Shown: one piece after another, positions 1-9,180 of the stretch
Numbering within the stretch: the first letter of the stretch is position 1
Layout of the letters: each line of letters opens with the position of its first letter
Source of the DNA: Rhabdothermincola salaria
Lineage (GTDB): Bacteria; Actinomycetota; Acidimicrobiia; Acidimicrobiales; Acidimicrobilacustridaceae
NCBI RefSeq assembly: GCF_021246445.1
Contig: NZ_JAJQXW010000001.1
Location: 868,001-932,000 of the forward strand
Reading direction: 5' to 3'
DNA: 64,000 nt
Program-made: the position numbers and the translations under genes
The notes under the pieces: model-generated
Seen by the model: the letters and a program-made list of their open reading frames with translations, nothing else
Told to the model about the DNA's origin: nothing
Database searches by the model: none

Positions 1-39
1 TCGATCCCGAGCTCCCCGAGCGGGTCGCGGTCGGCGCCG

Positions 40-1281
40 TCACCGGAGGGTGGCGCCTCGACCCCGGCCCCGGGCGCGCCGCATGGCGTCGAGCGCGAGT
101 GGGGTGAACGCACCGAGGGCCGTGGCCTCCCAGGTGAAGGTGGCGGCGTGCTCGAGCGCCCCCTGCGAGAGGCGCTGACGGAGCTCGGCGTCGGTGAGCA
201 CGGCGATCAGGTCCTCGACGAGGCGTCGCGGATCGGGGGCGAGCAGACCGCTGAGGCCCGCGGCGACCGAGTCGCGGTGCCCGGCGATGTCGGTGGCGAC
301 CGCCGGCGTGCCGCAGGCGGCGGCCTCCGTGAGGGTCATTCCCCAGCCCTCGGCGATCGAGGCGCTGGTCACGGCCCAAGCCCGACGGTAGAGCGACACG
401 AGCTCCTCGTCGGACACCCGGCCGGCGAGGCGCACCCACTCGGTGGCGTCGAGGGCCGCGATCTGCTCCTCGAGGGCGGGGCGCTCGTAGCCGTCACCGA
501 CGATCACCAGCTGCAGGTCGGGCACCGAGCGGCGCACCTCGGCGGCCACGTCGAGCAGGACGTCGAACCGCTTGGAGGGCATCAGGCGACCGACGCTCAC
601 CAGGAGGGGCTCGGGGCTCTCCTCCTCGTCGCCCGGAGCGAAGCGTTCTTCGATGCCCGGCGGCACGACGCTGATCCGGCCCGGCTTGAGCCCGAGGTAG
701 TCGATCATCTCTCGTCGGGACGACTCCGACAGGGTGACGATCGGCGTGCGTCGGTAGAGCGGGGGAGCCAGTCGATGCTCGAAGAACTTGCCGGCGCTGG
801 CCAGCTTGTCCTCGAGGACCATGTCCCACATGTCGCGATGGACGTGGTGCATGAAGGCGATCTTCGGGCCCCGGGCCCACAGCGGCGTGAGGAAGGGCAC
901 GCCGTTCCAGATCTCCACGATGCCGTCGCGCGGCCCGTGCGCGCCCAGCAGCTCGGAGATCACCGAGGTGGGGAACACCATGAAGCGGCCGTGCTTGCGG
1001 ATGATGCGGTACCCGTCGCGCGTCCCTTCGAAGGGGTGGCCCTGGGCGTAGGAGGTGCGCATGGTGATGTCGAGGCCGGCCTCGGCCCAGATGGCCAGGA
1101 TCTTGGCCGCGTGGAGCTCGGAGCCTCCCGCCTCGATGTCGACGAGGTCTCGCCAGGCCAGCACGTGGATCCGCTCGAGCCCCGCCTCGGCGGCCAGTGC
1201 GGCCACCGCCTCGATCCCTTTGGACGCGACGCCGAGATCTCCCGACGGGGTCCCCGGTTGGTCTCGTGCCCCCCCGCTCAT
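40..1281 (-). CDS. Glycosyltransferase family 4 (GT-B fold)
   Basis: GGSE N-terminal motif, VGRLMPSKR and EGWGMTLTEAAACGTP (E-x7-E) signature of GT4. Confidence 0.9.
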   Translation of the reverse strand: MSGGARDQPGTPSGDLGVASKGIEAVAALAAEAGLERIHVLAWRDLVDIEAGGSELHAAKILAIWAEAGLDITMRTSYAQGHPFEGTRDGYRIIRKHGRFMVFPTSVISELLGAHGPRDGIVEIWNGVPFLTPLWARGPKIAFMHHVHRDMWDMVLEDKLASAGKFFEHRLAPPLYRRTPIVTLSESSRREMIDYLGLKPGRISVVPPGIEERFAPGDEEESPEPLLVSVGRLMPSKRFDVLLDVAAEVRRSVPDLQLVIVGDGYERPALEEQIAALDATEWVRLAGRVSDEELVSLYRRAWAVTSASIAEGWGMTLTEAAACGTPAVATDIAGHRDSVAAGLSGLLAPDPRRLVEDLIAVLTDAELRQRLSQGALEHAATFTWEATALGAFTPLALDAMRRARGRGRGATLR

Positions 1282-1294
1282 GTGCGGCCCCCGG

Positions 1295-2908
1295 TCAGGG
1301 GGAGGTCCGGTTGACGGGGTGGTCGGGCCCGTAGGCGTCCCGCGAGATCACCGGTGCGTCACGTCCGGTGCCCCCTCCGCCCGACGATGCAGCGGCCGCG
1401 TCGGCCTTCTCCTCGTGGTACTCCTCTTCGACGTTGACCTCCCACACGTCGTGGTGGGTGCCCTCGACCAGGTTCTCGACGGTCAGCATCGCCGTGTACA
1501 TCGAGTGGTCCTGGTTGTTGTACCGGTGCATGCCGTTGCGGCCCACCGGATGGACGTTGGGGGTGTTGGCGACCAGCCAGTCGCGCAGGCGCTGCACGTT
1601 GGCCTTGTAGTGCTCGTCGTAGAACGGATAGGCCTTCGGCATCCGCACCACGTAGCCGGCCTCGACCGCCGACGCCGGCACCAGGCCGATGTGCTCGAGC
1701 TCGCGCTTGGCCAACTCGACCAGGTCGGCGTCGTCTGCGCTCCAGAGGTGGTCGCCCTCGAAGACGAAGTACTCGAGGCCCAGGCAGGTGCGCCCCTCCT
1801 TGACCATGTAGGGCGACCAGGAGGCGAAGTTCTGGATGCGCCCCACCTCGACCTCGGGGGAGTGGATGTAGATCCAGTTGTCCGGGAACGAGGCGCTCTC
1901 GGGCACGACGAGGGCCACGGTCAGGAAGTCTCGGTAGGCCAGGTCGTCGGCTGCCTGGAGCACGTCTGCCGGAACCGGCGGATCCATCGCCCGCAGCAGC
2001 TGCGACATCGGCATCGACGAGATCACCTCGTCGCACGGGTACTCGGTCTCGACCCCGTCGCGGGTCGCCGCCACCACGGCCACGGCCTGGCCGTCGGCGT
2101 GGCGCACCTTGGTGGCGCGCGTGCTCATGTGGACCTTGGTGCCGGCGGCCTCGACCTTCTCCTGGCACACCTCCCACATCTGGCCCGGTCCGTACTTGGG
2201 GTACTCGAACTCCTCGATGAGGCTGGTGATGTCGGTGGCCTTGCGCTTGGCCAGGAACGGCAGGTACCTCGACAGCTCGTCGATGACGGCGTTGAGCCCG
2301 GCGTTGAGCAGCGACATGTTCTTGATGCGCTGCGCCGCCCAGTCGGCCTGGATCTCGCTGGCGGAGACGCCCCAGACCTTCTCGTTGTAGGTCTTGAAGA
2401 AGTGCTCGTAGAGGCGGCGGCCGAACCGGGCGGTGATCCAGTCCTCGAGGCTGGTGTCGGCCCTGGGTCGCCCGAGCAGGCGCCGCACGCCGCCGTCGGC
2501 GCGCGCGTAGAAGTACGAGGCCACGCATCGGGTGGCCTCGACGAACCCGAGGTTCTTGAGGGCGTTGGACGCCTTGAGCGGGTAGTCGAAGTACTTGCCG
2601 TCGTAGAAGATCCGGCTCATCCGGGGGCGCAGCAGGAAGTCCTCGGCCGGCAGGATCTCGTGCCACAGCTCCTCGACGGGCTTGACCTTGGTGAAGAAGC
2701 GATGCCCGCCGATGTCGAAGCGCCACCCATCGCGCTCGACCGTGCGGGAGATGCCGCCCACGATGTTGTCGGACTCGAGCACGGTCGCCGCCACGTCGTG
2801 CTTGTTGAGCTGGTAGGCGGCGGTGAGCCCGGCCGGGCCCGCACCGATGATGACGACCTGGGGATCGGGGCGCTGGTCAGCGCGCGCCGAGGCGTCGACT
2901 GGGGTCAT
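1295..2908 (-). CDS. NAD(P)/FAD-dependent oxidoreductase (UDP-galactopyranose mutase/protoporphyrinogen oxidase-like)
   Basis: IIGAGPAGL Rossmann motif, GGISRT..FDIGGHRFF, C-terminal GRNGMHRYNNQDHS; start set at ATG 2908 just before the Rossmann motif. Confidence 0.8.
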   Translation of the reverse strand: MTPVDASARADQRPDPQVVIIGAGPAGLTAAYQLNKHDVAATVLESDNIVGGISRTVERDGWRFDIGGHRFFTKVKPVEELWHEILPAEDFLLRPRMSRIFYDGKYFDYPLKASNALKNLGFVEATRCVASYFYARADGGVRRLLGRPRADTSLEDWITARFGRRLYEHFFKTYNEKVWGVSASEIQADWAAQRIKNMSLLNAGLNAVIDELSRYLPFLAKRKATDITSLIEEFEYPKYGPGQMWEVCQEKVEAAGTKVHMSTRATKVRHADGQAVAVVAATRDGVETEYPCDEVISSMPMSQLLRAMDPPVPADVLQAADDLAYRDFLTVALVVPESASFPDNWIYIHSPEVEVGRIQNFASWSPYMVKEGRTCLGLEYFVFEGDHLWSADDADLVELAKRELEHIGLVPASAVEAGYVVRMPKAYPFYDEHYKANVQRLRDWLVANTPNVHPVGRNGMHRYNNQDHSMYTAMLTVENLVEGTHHDVWEVNVEEEYHEEKADAAAASSGGGGTGRDAPVISRDAYGPDHPVNRTSP

Positions 2909-3032
2909 GGAGGCGTCACTTTCACGGATCGAGGACCGTCCGAGTCTACTGAAGGTGCCGGGGGCGACCGTGCACCCCGCGCCGGGCCGGGGTTCGCTGG
3001 GACGCCGGGGCCCGCAGGTAGTCTCCGCGCTC

Positions 3033-4610
3033 ATGCGCGAGACCCGCCCGCAGGGCGAGCACCCCGACGAACGGGCCCCCGAGTCCCCCGACGGTCTCGG
3101 CGCCCCGCCCGAGATCCTGGTCGTGGCGCTGGCGGCGGTGGCGGCGGGCATCGTGCTGCGCTTCGTCACCCGCTCGGCGCTCTGGCTCGACGAGGCCCTG
3201 ACCGTCAACATCGCCGAGCTGGCGGTCACGGACCTCTTCGAAGCGCTGCGCCAGGACGGCCACCCACCGCTCTACTACCTGATGCTGCACGGATGGATGG
3301 AGCTCTTCGGCACCGGCGACGTGGCCGTGCGCGCCCTGTCCGGTGTGCTCGGGGTGCTCAGCCTGCCGCTGGCCTTCCTCTACGGTCGCCGCCGAGGGGG
3401 CCCGGTCCTCGGGTGGTGCCTCACGGCAGTGGTGGCGCTGTCGCCGTTCGCGCTGCGCTACAGCACCGAGACCCGCATGTACTCGCTGGTGGTGCTCCTC
3501 GTGCTCGTGGGGGCCCTGCTCCTCGACGACGTGATGGCTCGGGGGCGCGCCACCCCGCTGCGCCTGGTCGGGATCGCCCTCACCACGGCGGCCCTGCTCT
3601 ACACGCACTACTGGGCCATCTGGTTGCTCGCCGCGGTCACCCTCGGGCTGGGTTGGCGCCTCTGGCGCCGGCGGGGGAGCGGCGAGAGGGGGCCGGTGGT
3701 CCCGGTGCTGGGCGCCATGGTGCTCGGCGGGGTTCTCTACCTGCCCTGGGTGCCCACCATGCTCTACCAGTCGGCCAACACCGGCACCCCGTGGGCCGGG
3801 CCGGTGCGACCCACCACCGTGGTCAGCATCACCATGGTCGACTTCGCCGCCGGGTCGTTCCCCGACGGACCGCTGGTGGCGTTCGTCGTGGCCACGGTCG
3901 CCCTGCTCGGGCTGTTCGGGCGGGGTATCGACCGCCACACGATCCGCCTCGACCTGCGCACCGTCCCCCAGCTGCGGCCCGAGGCCGCGCTGGTCGCGCT
4001 GACCATGGTCCTCGGCACCGTGTTCATCTACGCCACGTGGAGCGCCTACGCCACCCGATATGCCGCCGTGGTGCTGCCCCTCTACTTCGTCCTCGTGGCC
4101 GGTGGCATCACCCGCTTCGTGGGCCGGGCCGTGCGTGTCGGCGTCCTGGTGGTGGTCCTCACCGCCATGTCGATCGGTGCCATCTGGAACGTCCGCGACC
4201 AGCGCACGCAGGCTCGCGTCAACGCGGAGGCGATCGCCTCCGAGGCCGGACCCGGTGACCTGGTCATCTACTGCCCGGACCAGCTGGGACCAGCGGGCAG
4301 CCGGGAGCTCGGTGACGACATCGAACAGGTCGTGTACCCCACGTTCGGCGATCCCGAGCGGATCGACTGGGTGGACTACGGCGAGCGCAACACCGCCGCC
4401 GATCCGGACGCCTTCGCCGCCGAAGCCCTCGCCCGGGCCGGCGATCGGGGCATCTTCCTCGTCTGGAACGCGTCGTACCGCACGTTCGAGACCCAGTGCG
4501 AGCGGCTCCTCTCCGCCATCGCCACCGCTCGCCCCACGATCGAGCTCGTCCCGAACCGCGGCGGGACCTTCTTCGAGCACGCGACCGTGAGCTGGAGCCC
4601 TCCCCTATGA
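3033..4610 (+). CDS. GT-C membrane glycosyltransferase (GT39/PMT-like)
   Basis: LWLDEA, DGHPPLYY and ETRMYSL motifs with many TM helices; TAGTCT -10 element 8 nt before ATG 3033. Confidence 0.8.
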   Translation: MRETRPQGEHPDERAPESPDGLGAPPEILVVALAAVAAGIVLRFVTRSALWLDEALTVNIAELAVTDLFEALRQDGHPPLYYLMLHGWMELFGTGDVAVRALSGVLGVLSLPLAFLYGRRRGGPVLGWCLTAVVALSPFALRYSTETRMYSLVVLLVLVGALLLDDVMARGRATPLRLVGIALTTAALLYTHYWAIWLLAAVTLGLGWRLWRRRGSGERGPVVPVLGAMVLGGVLYLPWVPTMLYQSANTGTPWAGPVRPTTVVSITMVDFAAGSFPDGPLVAFVVATVALLGLFGRGIDRHTIRLDLRTVPQLRPEAALVALTMVLGTVFIYATWSAYATRYAAVVLPLYFVLVAGGITRFVGRAVRVGVLVVVLTAMSIGAIWNVRDQRTQARVNAEAIASEAGPGDLVIYCPDQLGPAGSRELGDDIEQVVYPTFGDPERIDWVDYGERNTAADPDAFAAEALARAGDRGIFLVWNASYRTFETQCERLLSAIATARPTIELVPNRGGTFFEHATVSWSPPL

Positions 4611-5716
4611 CCGTGCTCCGGGGTGCGGCCACCGACCTGCGCGCCGTGGCCCTCCCGTGGATCACCGCTCGGGTGCTCGTCGGGATCGGATTCGTCGTGG
4701 CCATGGCCGTGGCCGACCGCCTGGTTCCGGGCAACGAGCCCACCGCGCTCACCGAAGGCCTCGTGGCGTGGGACGGCACCTGGTACCGCGACATCGCCGA
4801 CGTCGGCTACCAGGCCCTGCCCGACGAGGGCCTGCGCTTCTTCCCGCTGTTCCCCCTGCTGGGCCGGTTCCTCTCGCCCCTGATGCTCGGGCGGGGGGAC
4901 GTGGCGCTCGTCATCGTGGCCAACCTGGCCTCGTTGGCCCTGGCCGTGGGCGTGCGTCGCCTGGTGCTGTTCGAACGCGGCAACACCGCCCTCGCCGACC
5001 GGGCCGTCTGGTTCACGGCGTTGTTCCCCGGGGCCTTCGTGTTGAGCTGGGCCTACGCCGAGGCGCTGTGGATGCTGGCCGCGGTCGTGCTGTTCTGGGC
5101 GGCCCGCTCCCGCCACTGGTGGTGGGCGGCCGGAGCCGGGCTGGTGGCCGGGGGCACTCGGCCCCTCGGCATCCTGCTGGCCGTCGTCGTGGTGATCGAG
5201 CTGGCCCGTGTCTGGCGACGGGCCCGCAACGACGAGCGCATCGCCGGGGTGGTGGCGGCGCTCGCACCCGCCCTCGGCTCGGGCGCGTACCTGCTCTGGG
5301 TGGGCGCCGCCTACGGCGACCCGTGGCTGCCACTCAGCGTGCAGAGCCCGCTGCGAGGCGACTCCACCAACCCGTTCGCTCGCGTGTGGGACGGGCTGGG
5401 CCAGATGGTCGGGCCGGAGGCCTTGGGCGACGGCCTGCACATCCCCTTCGCCCTGGCGTTCGTCGTGTTGTTGGTGCTGGTGTGGCGGTGGTGGCCGGCG
5501 TCCTACGGAGCCTTCGCCACGGCCCTGCTCGTCGTGGCCCTGGCGGCCGAGAACCTCAACTCGCTGGAGCGCTACGCCCTCAGCGCCTTCCCCCTGGCCC
5601 TGGCTCTGGCCGGGCTCACCCGTGACGACCGGGTCGAACGGGTGGCCCTCACCGCCCTGGCCGGAGGGATGGTCGCGCTGAGCTCGATGGCCTGGTTGGG
5701 CACCTACGTGCCCTGA
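4607..5716 (+). CDS. Membrane mannosyltransferase (PIG-V/GT76-like GT-C)
   Basis: WDGTWY..IA..GY, FFPLFPLL and YAEAL motifs; ATGA overlap with upstream gene. Confidence 0.8.
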   Translation: MTVLRGAATDLRAVALPWITARVLVGIGFVVAMAVADRLVPGNEPTALTEGLVAWDGTWYRDIADVGYQALPDEGLRFFPLFPLLGRFLSPLMLGRGDVALVIVANLASLALAVGVRRLVLFERGNTALADRAVWFTALFPGAFVLSWAYAEALWMLAAVVLFWAARSRHWWWAAGAGLVAGGTRPLGILLAVVVVIELARVWRRARNDERIAGVVAALAPALGSGAYLLWVGAAYGDPWLPLSVQSPLRGDSTNPFARVWDGLGQMVGPEALGDGLHIPFALAFVVLLVLVWRWWPASYGAFATALLVVALAAENLNSLERYALSAFPLALALAGLTRDDRVERVALTALAGGMVALSSMAWLGTYVP

Positions 5717-6264
5717 CCGGCCTCGGGTGTCATCACCGAGAACACCGCGCCCTGGGGGTCGGCGAGGGTCGCCATCGTCCCCACACCGGGGATGGTCATC
5801 GCCTCCATGTGGACCTGCGCCCCCGACGTGCGGGCCCGCTCCACCGTGCCGGCCACGTCGTCGACGTGGAAGTACACCATCCAGAAGCTGGGCATGCCCT
5901 CGACGGGTGGGGCCATGGCCCCGGCGATGCCGTCGGAGCTCCCACCCTCGACGTGGAAGACGGTGTAGGAGCCGTCCGGCATCGGTACGGTCTCGGCCGT
6001 CCAGCCGAACACGTCGGCGTAGAAGCCGGTGACGGCGTCGGGGGAGGGGGTGACGAGCTCGTTCCAGGTGAGCGCCCCGTGCTCGTCGATGATCTCGGCC
6101 CCGATGTGGTCGCGGGCCTGCCACAGCCCCAGCACGGCGCCCGCGGGGTCCGCCACGACGGCCATCCGGCCGGAGGTCATGACGTCCATCGGCGGCTGGA
6201 GAACCTGCCCGCCGGCGGCGCTCACCCGGCTCACCGCGGCCTCGACGTCGTCCACCGCGACGTA
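5704..6264 (-). pseudogene. 5'-truncated two-domain VOC/glyoxalase family protein
   Basis: Keeps YVAVDDV..GG..GRMAVVADPAGA (end of domain 1) and a full domain 2 (WNEL..FYADVFGW..YFHVDDV..DPQGA); in-frame TAG at 6276-6274, N-terminus missing. Confidence 0.7.
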
Positions 6265-6265
6265 G

Positions 6266-6709
6266 GGGCACCGCTACCGCCTGACCAGCCGCGGTCGTGA
6301 GCTCGGGCCGGTCGTGCACGAGCTCACCCGGTTCGGGGTGGCGTCGTGGGCCGACCCGGACCTGGTGCCCCCACCGGCCCGGTTGGTGCGGGGGGCCCTC
6401 CTGGCCCTGATGGACCCGGGCGCGCTCGACGCCGAGGGATGGGCCGTCGACATCTCCCTGGGAGAGGGTCGCGAGGTCGGGCTCACGGTGGCCCCCGCCA
6501 CGCCCGAGCGTCGGGGCCTGCGACGCCTGCGCCTGGCCGAGACCGGCACAGCCGCGGCCGCCGGCACCGTGGACACCACCCTCGGCACGCTTCGCCGGCT
6601 CCGCCTGGGGGAGTGCACCGAGGCGGACGCGGTGGCCACCGGGCAGCTGCTGGTCGACCTGCCCGCAACGACACGGGCCCGGGTCGCGAGCCTCCTCGGG
6701 TGGAGCTGA
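6266..6709 (+). pseudogene. 5'-truncated HxlR-family winged-HTH regulator (C-terminal part)
   Basis: Frame reads GHRYRLTSRGRELGPVVHELTRFG, typical of an HxlR C-terminal wing/helix, directly after in-frame TAG 6263-6265; no HTH or start codon upstream. Confidence 0.65.
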
Positions 6710-6787
6710 ACCGTCCCGCCCCGTCGATGCCGCCGCCGGTCGAGACACGTCGTGCCGGTGTCGCTGACGGGCGCGACAATCGGTGAG

Positions 6788-7114
6788 ATGTCCGATCCCA
6801 CGACCCAGGTCACCGAGGTGCGCACCCGGGCCGACGACCGCGCCGGCCTCGACGAGATGGCGCGCCGTCTGGTCGACTCGGAGCTGGCCGCCTGCGTGCA
6901 CGTGCGAGGCCCCGAACGCTCCACCTACCGTTGGCAGGGCCGGCTCGTCGTCGACGACGAGTACGAGCTCACCGCCGTCACGACGGCGGACCGGGCGGAA
7001 GCGGTGGTGGCGGCGATCACCGAGGCGCACCCCTACGAGCTGCCCTCGGTCCTGCAGTCGTCGGCCACGGCCACGGCGGCCTATGCCACCTGGGTCGACG
7101 CCGAGACGCGGTGA
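6788..7114 (+). CDS. cutA: Divalent-cation tolerance protein CutA
   Basis: LAACV..STYRWQG..E..HPYELP..Y..WV motifs. Confidence 0.9.
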   Translation: MSDPTTQVTEVRTRADDRAGLDEMARRLVDSELAACVHVRGPERSTYRWQGRLVVDDEYELTAVTTADRAEAVVAAITEAHPYELPSVLQSSATATAAYATWVDAETR

Positions 7115-7419
7115 GCGGCCCGGCCTCGACGTTCCGGTTCACCGCGAAGGTGTGGGAGCACCACGGCCCCGCCTCGTGGTTCTTCGTCAGCCTCCCGGAG
7201 CAGGAGGCCGACGAGATCGAGGCCACCCGTGCCGACGGAGCCCGCGGGTTCGGATCGGTCCGCGTCGCCGTACGGATCGGCGAGACCAGGTGGGAGACGT
7301 CGCTCTTCCCCGATTCGAAGCGAGCCACCTACCTGCTGCCGGTGAAGAAGGCGGTGCGCCGCGCCGAGGACCTCGGCGACGGTTCCACCGTGGTCGTCGA
7401 TCTCGAGGTCCTGGCCTGA
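7111..7419 (+). CDS. DUF1905 domain protein
   Basis: WFFVSLP..GFGSVRV..IGETRWETSLFP..YLLPVKKAVR; GTGA overlap with cutA. Confidence 0.8.
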   Translation: MSGPASTFRFTAKVWEHHGPASWFFVSLPEQEADEIEATRADGARGFGSVRVAVRIGETRWETSLFPDSKRATYLLPVKKAVRRAEDLGDGSTVVVDLEVLA

Positions 7420-7431
7420 TCCCCCGCCCGG

Positions 7432-7662
7432 TCAGCTGGCCGCTCGCAGGAAGGCCTCGTCCGGGCCTTGGGCTTCGACGCGGCGCACACCGAGCACCTC
7501 GGAGGTGCGGAAGCTGGCGAGGCGCACGCTCCAGCGATCGATGATGCGGCGGTCCGGATCAGTGCGGAAGAAGGTCGTGAGCTGGCCCTCCTGGGCGTAG
7601 GCGTCGGCGCCCTCGATCCGTTCCACCCGGTCGTTCTTCAAGGTGATCTCGTGGCTGACCAT
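7432..7662 (-). CDS. Small hypothetical protein (76 aa)
   Basis: AAGGAG RBS upstream of ATG, TACGGT -10 candidate, protein-like composition. Confidence 0.65.
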   Translation of the reverse strand: MVSHEITLKNDRVERIEGADAYAQEGQLTTFFRTDPDRRIIDRWSVRLASFRTSEVLGVRRVEAQGPDEAFLRAAS

Positions 7663-7806
7663 GGTCGGGCTCCTTCGTCACGTCGGTCACCCGAACCGTA
7701 CGAAGCCTTCCGTGTGGGCAACAAGGGGAACAACCCTGTGACTTGCCTGGGGTCACAGGCCCCGGGCCTGTGGAGAGCGGCCCGTGGGGCCCGCCGCTGC
7801 GCTGCC

Positions 7807-8013
7807 TCAGTCCTTCAGGGCGACGGCGTTGGGGGTGACGTTCATCTTCGGTTCGTACGCCGAGGCCTCGACATCACGCGCCTCAGCGGCGTACGCGGCT
7901 CGGAGCTGCTGGCGGCACTCGGCGCACGGCCCGTAGAAGCGCAGATCGGCCTCTGCCCCGCAGCGGGGGCACACGACGTGGAGCGGCTCGTCGGAGACGA
8001 CCAGGTCGGACAT
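7807..8013 (-). CDS. Small CxxC-CxxC zinc-ribbon-like protein (68 aa)
   Basis: CPRC and CAEC pairs; starts 7 nt after the cyclophilin stop. Confidence 0.65.
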   Translation of the reverse strand: MSDLVVSDEPLHVVCPRCGAEADLRFYGPCAECRQQLRAAYAAEARDVEASAYEPKMNVTPNAVALKD

Positions 8014-8020
8014 GGTCGGA

Positions 8021-8500
8021 TCAGGCCTCGACGGGCCGTTCCTCGATGGCGACGGTCTGCATCACGTCGCCGCGCTTGGTGGCCTGGACGACATCGAGGC
8101 CGGAGACCACGTGGCCGAACAGGTTGTACTGCTTGGGCAGTCTGCCCGTCAGGTCGCTCAGGCAGATGAAGAACTGCGACCCGTTGGTGTCCGGTCCGGC
8201 GTTGGCCATGGCGAGCGCCCCCTCGCGGTAGTTGCCCTGGACCGGCTCGTCCTCGAACTTGTAGCCGGGACCGCCCCGACCGCTGCCCTCGGGGCACCCA
8301 CCCTGGATCACGAACCCCGGCTCGACCCGGTGGAACGTGAGGCCGTCATAGAACCCCTGGCGGGCCAGCACCACGAAGTTGTTGACGGTGACGGGCGCCA
8401 GACGCGGGTCGAGGTCGGCGACGATCGTCCCTCGTTCGGTGGTGATGCTCACCCGGTAGATCGTGTCGGTGTCGATTTCCATCTCAGGGCGCGAAGGCAT
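8021..8500 (-). CDS. Cyclophilin-type peptidyl-prolyl isomerase
   Basis: FYDGLTFHRV..FVIQGG, LAMANAGPDTNGSQFFI. Confidence 0.95.
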   Translation of the reverse strand: MPSRPEMEIDTDTIYRVSITTERGTIVADLDPRLAPVTVNNFVVLARQGFYDGLTFHRVEPGFVIQGGCPEGSGRGGPGYKFEDEPVQGNYREGALAMANAGPDTNGSQFFICLSDLTGRLPKQYNLFGHVVSGLDVVQATKRGDVMQTVAIEERPVEA

Positions 8501-8553
8501 GAAGCCATCGTGGCACAGACCCGGTGCGGCATCGGCCCATAGGCTCGGGGGCC

Positions 8554-9180
8554 GTGGCCCCCGCCCGACCCCTCGCCGATGCCACCCGGCGGATCGCCGT
8601 GCTCGACCCGGCGCTGGGCCGCGTCATCGCCGCCCACGGGCCCCGCCGTCTCCCACGCCGCCCGCTCGTCGCCGACCGGTTCGAGACGCTGGCGCACTCG
8701 ATCACCCACCAGCAACTCGCCGGCCGGGCGGCGGCCACCATCTGGTCCCGGGTTCGAGCCACCGTGCCGGGCCCCTTCACCCCGGAGGCACTGGTGGCCG
8801 TCGACCCCGGCGACCTGGCCGCCGCCGGACTGTCCGGCACGAAGCGGGCCGCGGTGGTGGACCTGGCCCACCACGTCCTCGACGGCCGGGTGCGTCTCGA
8901 ACGGCTCGGGCACCTGGCCGACGCCGAGGTGGTCGACGAGCTCGTCCAGGTACGGGGCATCGGCCCGTGGACGGCGGAGATGTTCTTGATGTTCACCCTG
9001 CGCCGTCCCGACGTCTGGCCCGTGGGCGATCTGGGCGTCCGGGCCGGGTGGGCTCGGGCCCACGGGCTCGACGACCTGCCCGACGCGCGGCGACTGGCCG
9101 AGCTGGGGGAGCCGTTCCGCCCCCACCGCAGCCTCGTGGCCTGGTACTGCTGGCGGGCGTGCGAACCCGAGCCGGGCTGA
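8554..9180 (+). CDS. alkA: DNA-3-methyladenine glycosylase II (AlkA/HhH-GPD family)
   Basis: SITHQQL, HhH LVQVRGIGPWTA, PVGDLGV; TAGGCT 8 nt before GTG 8554. Confidence 0.85.
   Translation: MAPARPLADATRRIAVLDPALGRVIAAHGPRRLPRRPLVADRFETLAHSITHQQLAGRAAATIWSRVRATVPGPFTPEALVAVDPGDLAAAGLSGTKRAAVVDLAHHVLDGRVRLERLGHLADAEVVDELVQVRGIGPWTAEMFLMFTLRRPDVWPVGDLGVRAGWARAHGLDDLPDARRLAELGEPFRPHRSLVAWYCWRACEPEPG

Noticed and set aside
1055..4258. 1067-aa plus-strand ORF
   Set aside because: Antisense/off-frame shadow of the oxidoreductase and GT39 genes; no motifs; long stop-free frames are expected at this GC content
4376..7030. 884-aa minus-strand ORF
   Set aside because: Arg/Gly/Pro-rich shadow overlapping several recognisable genes
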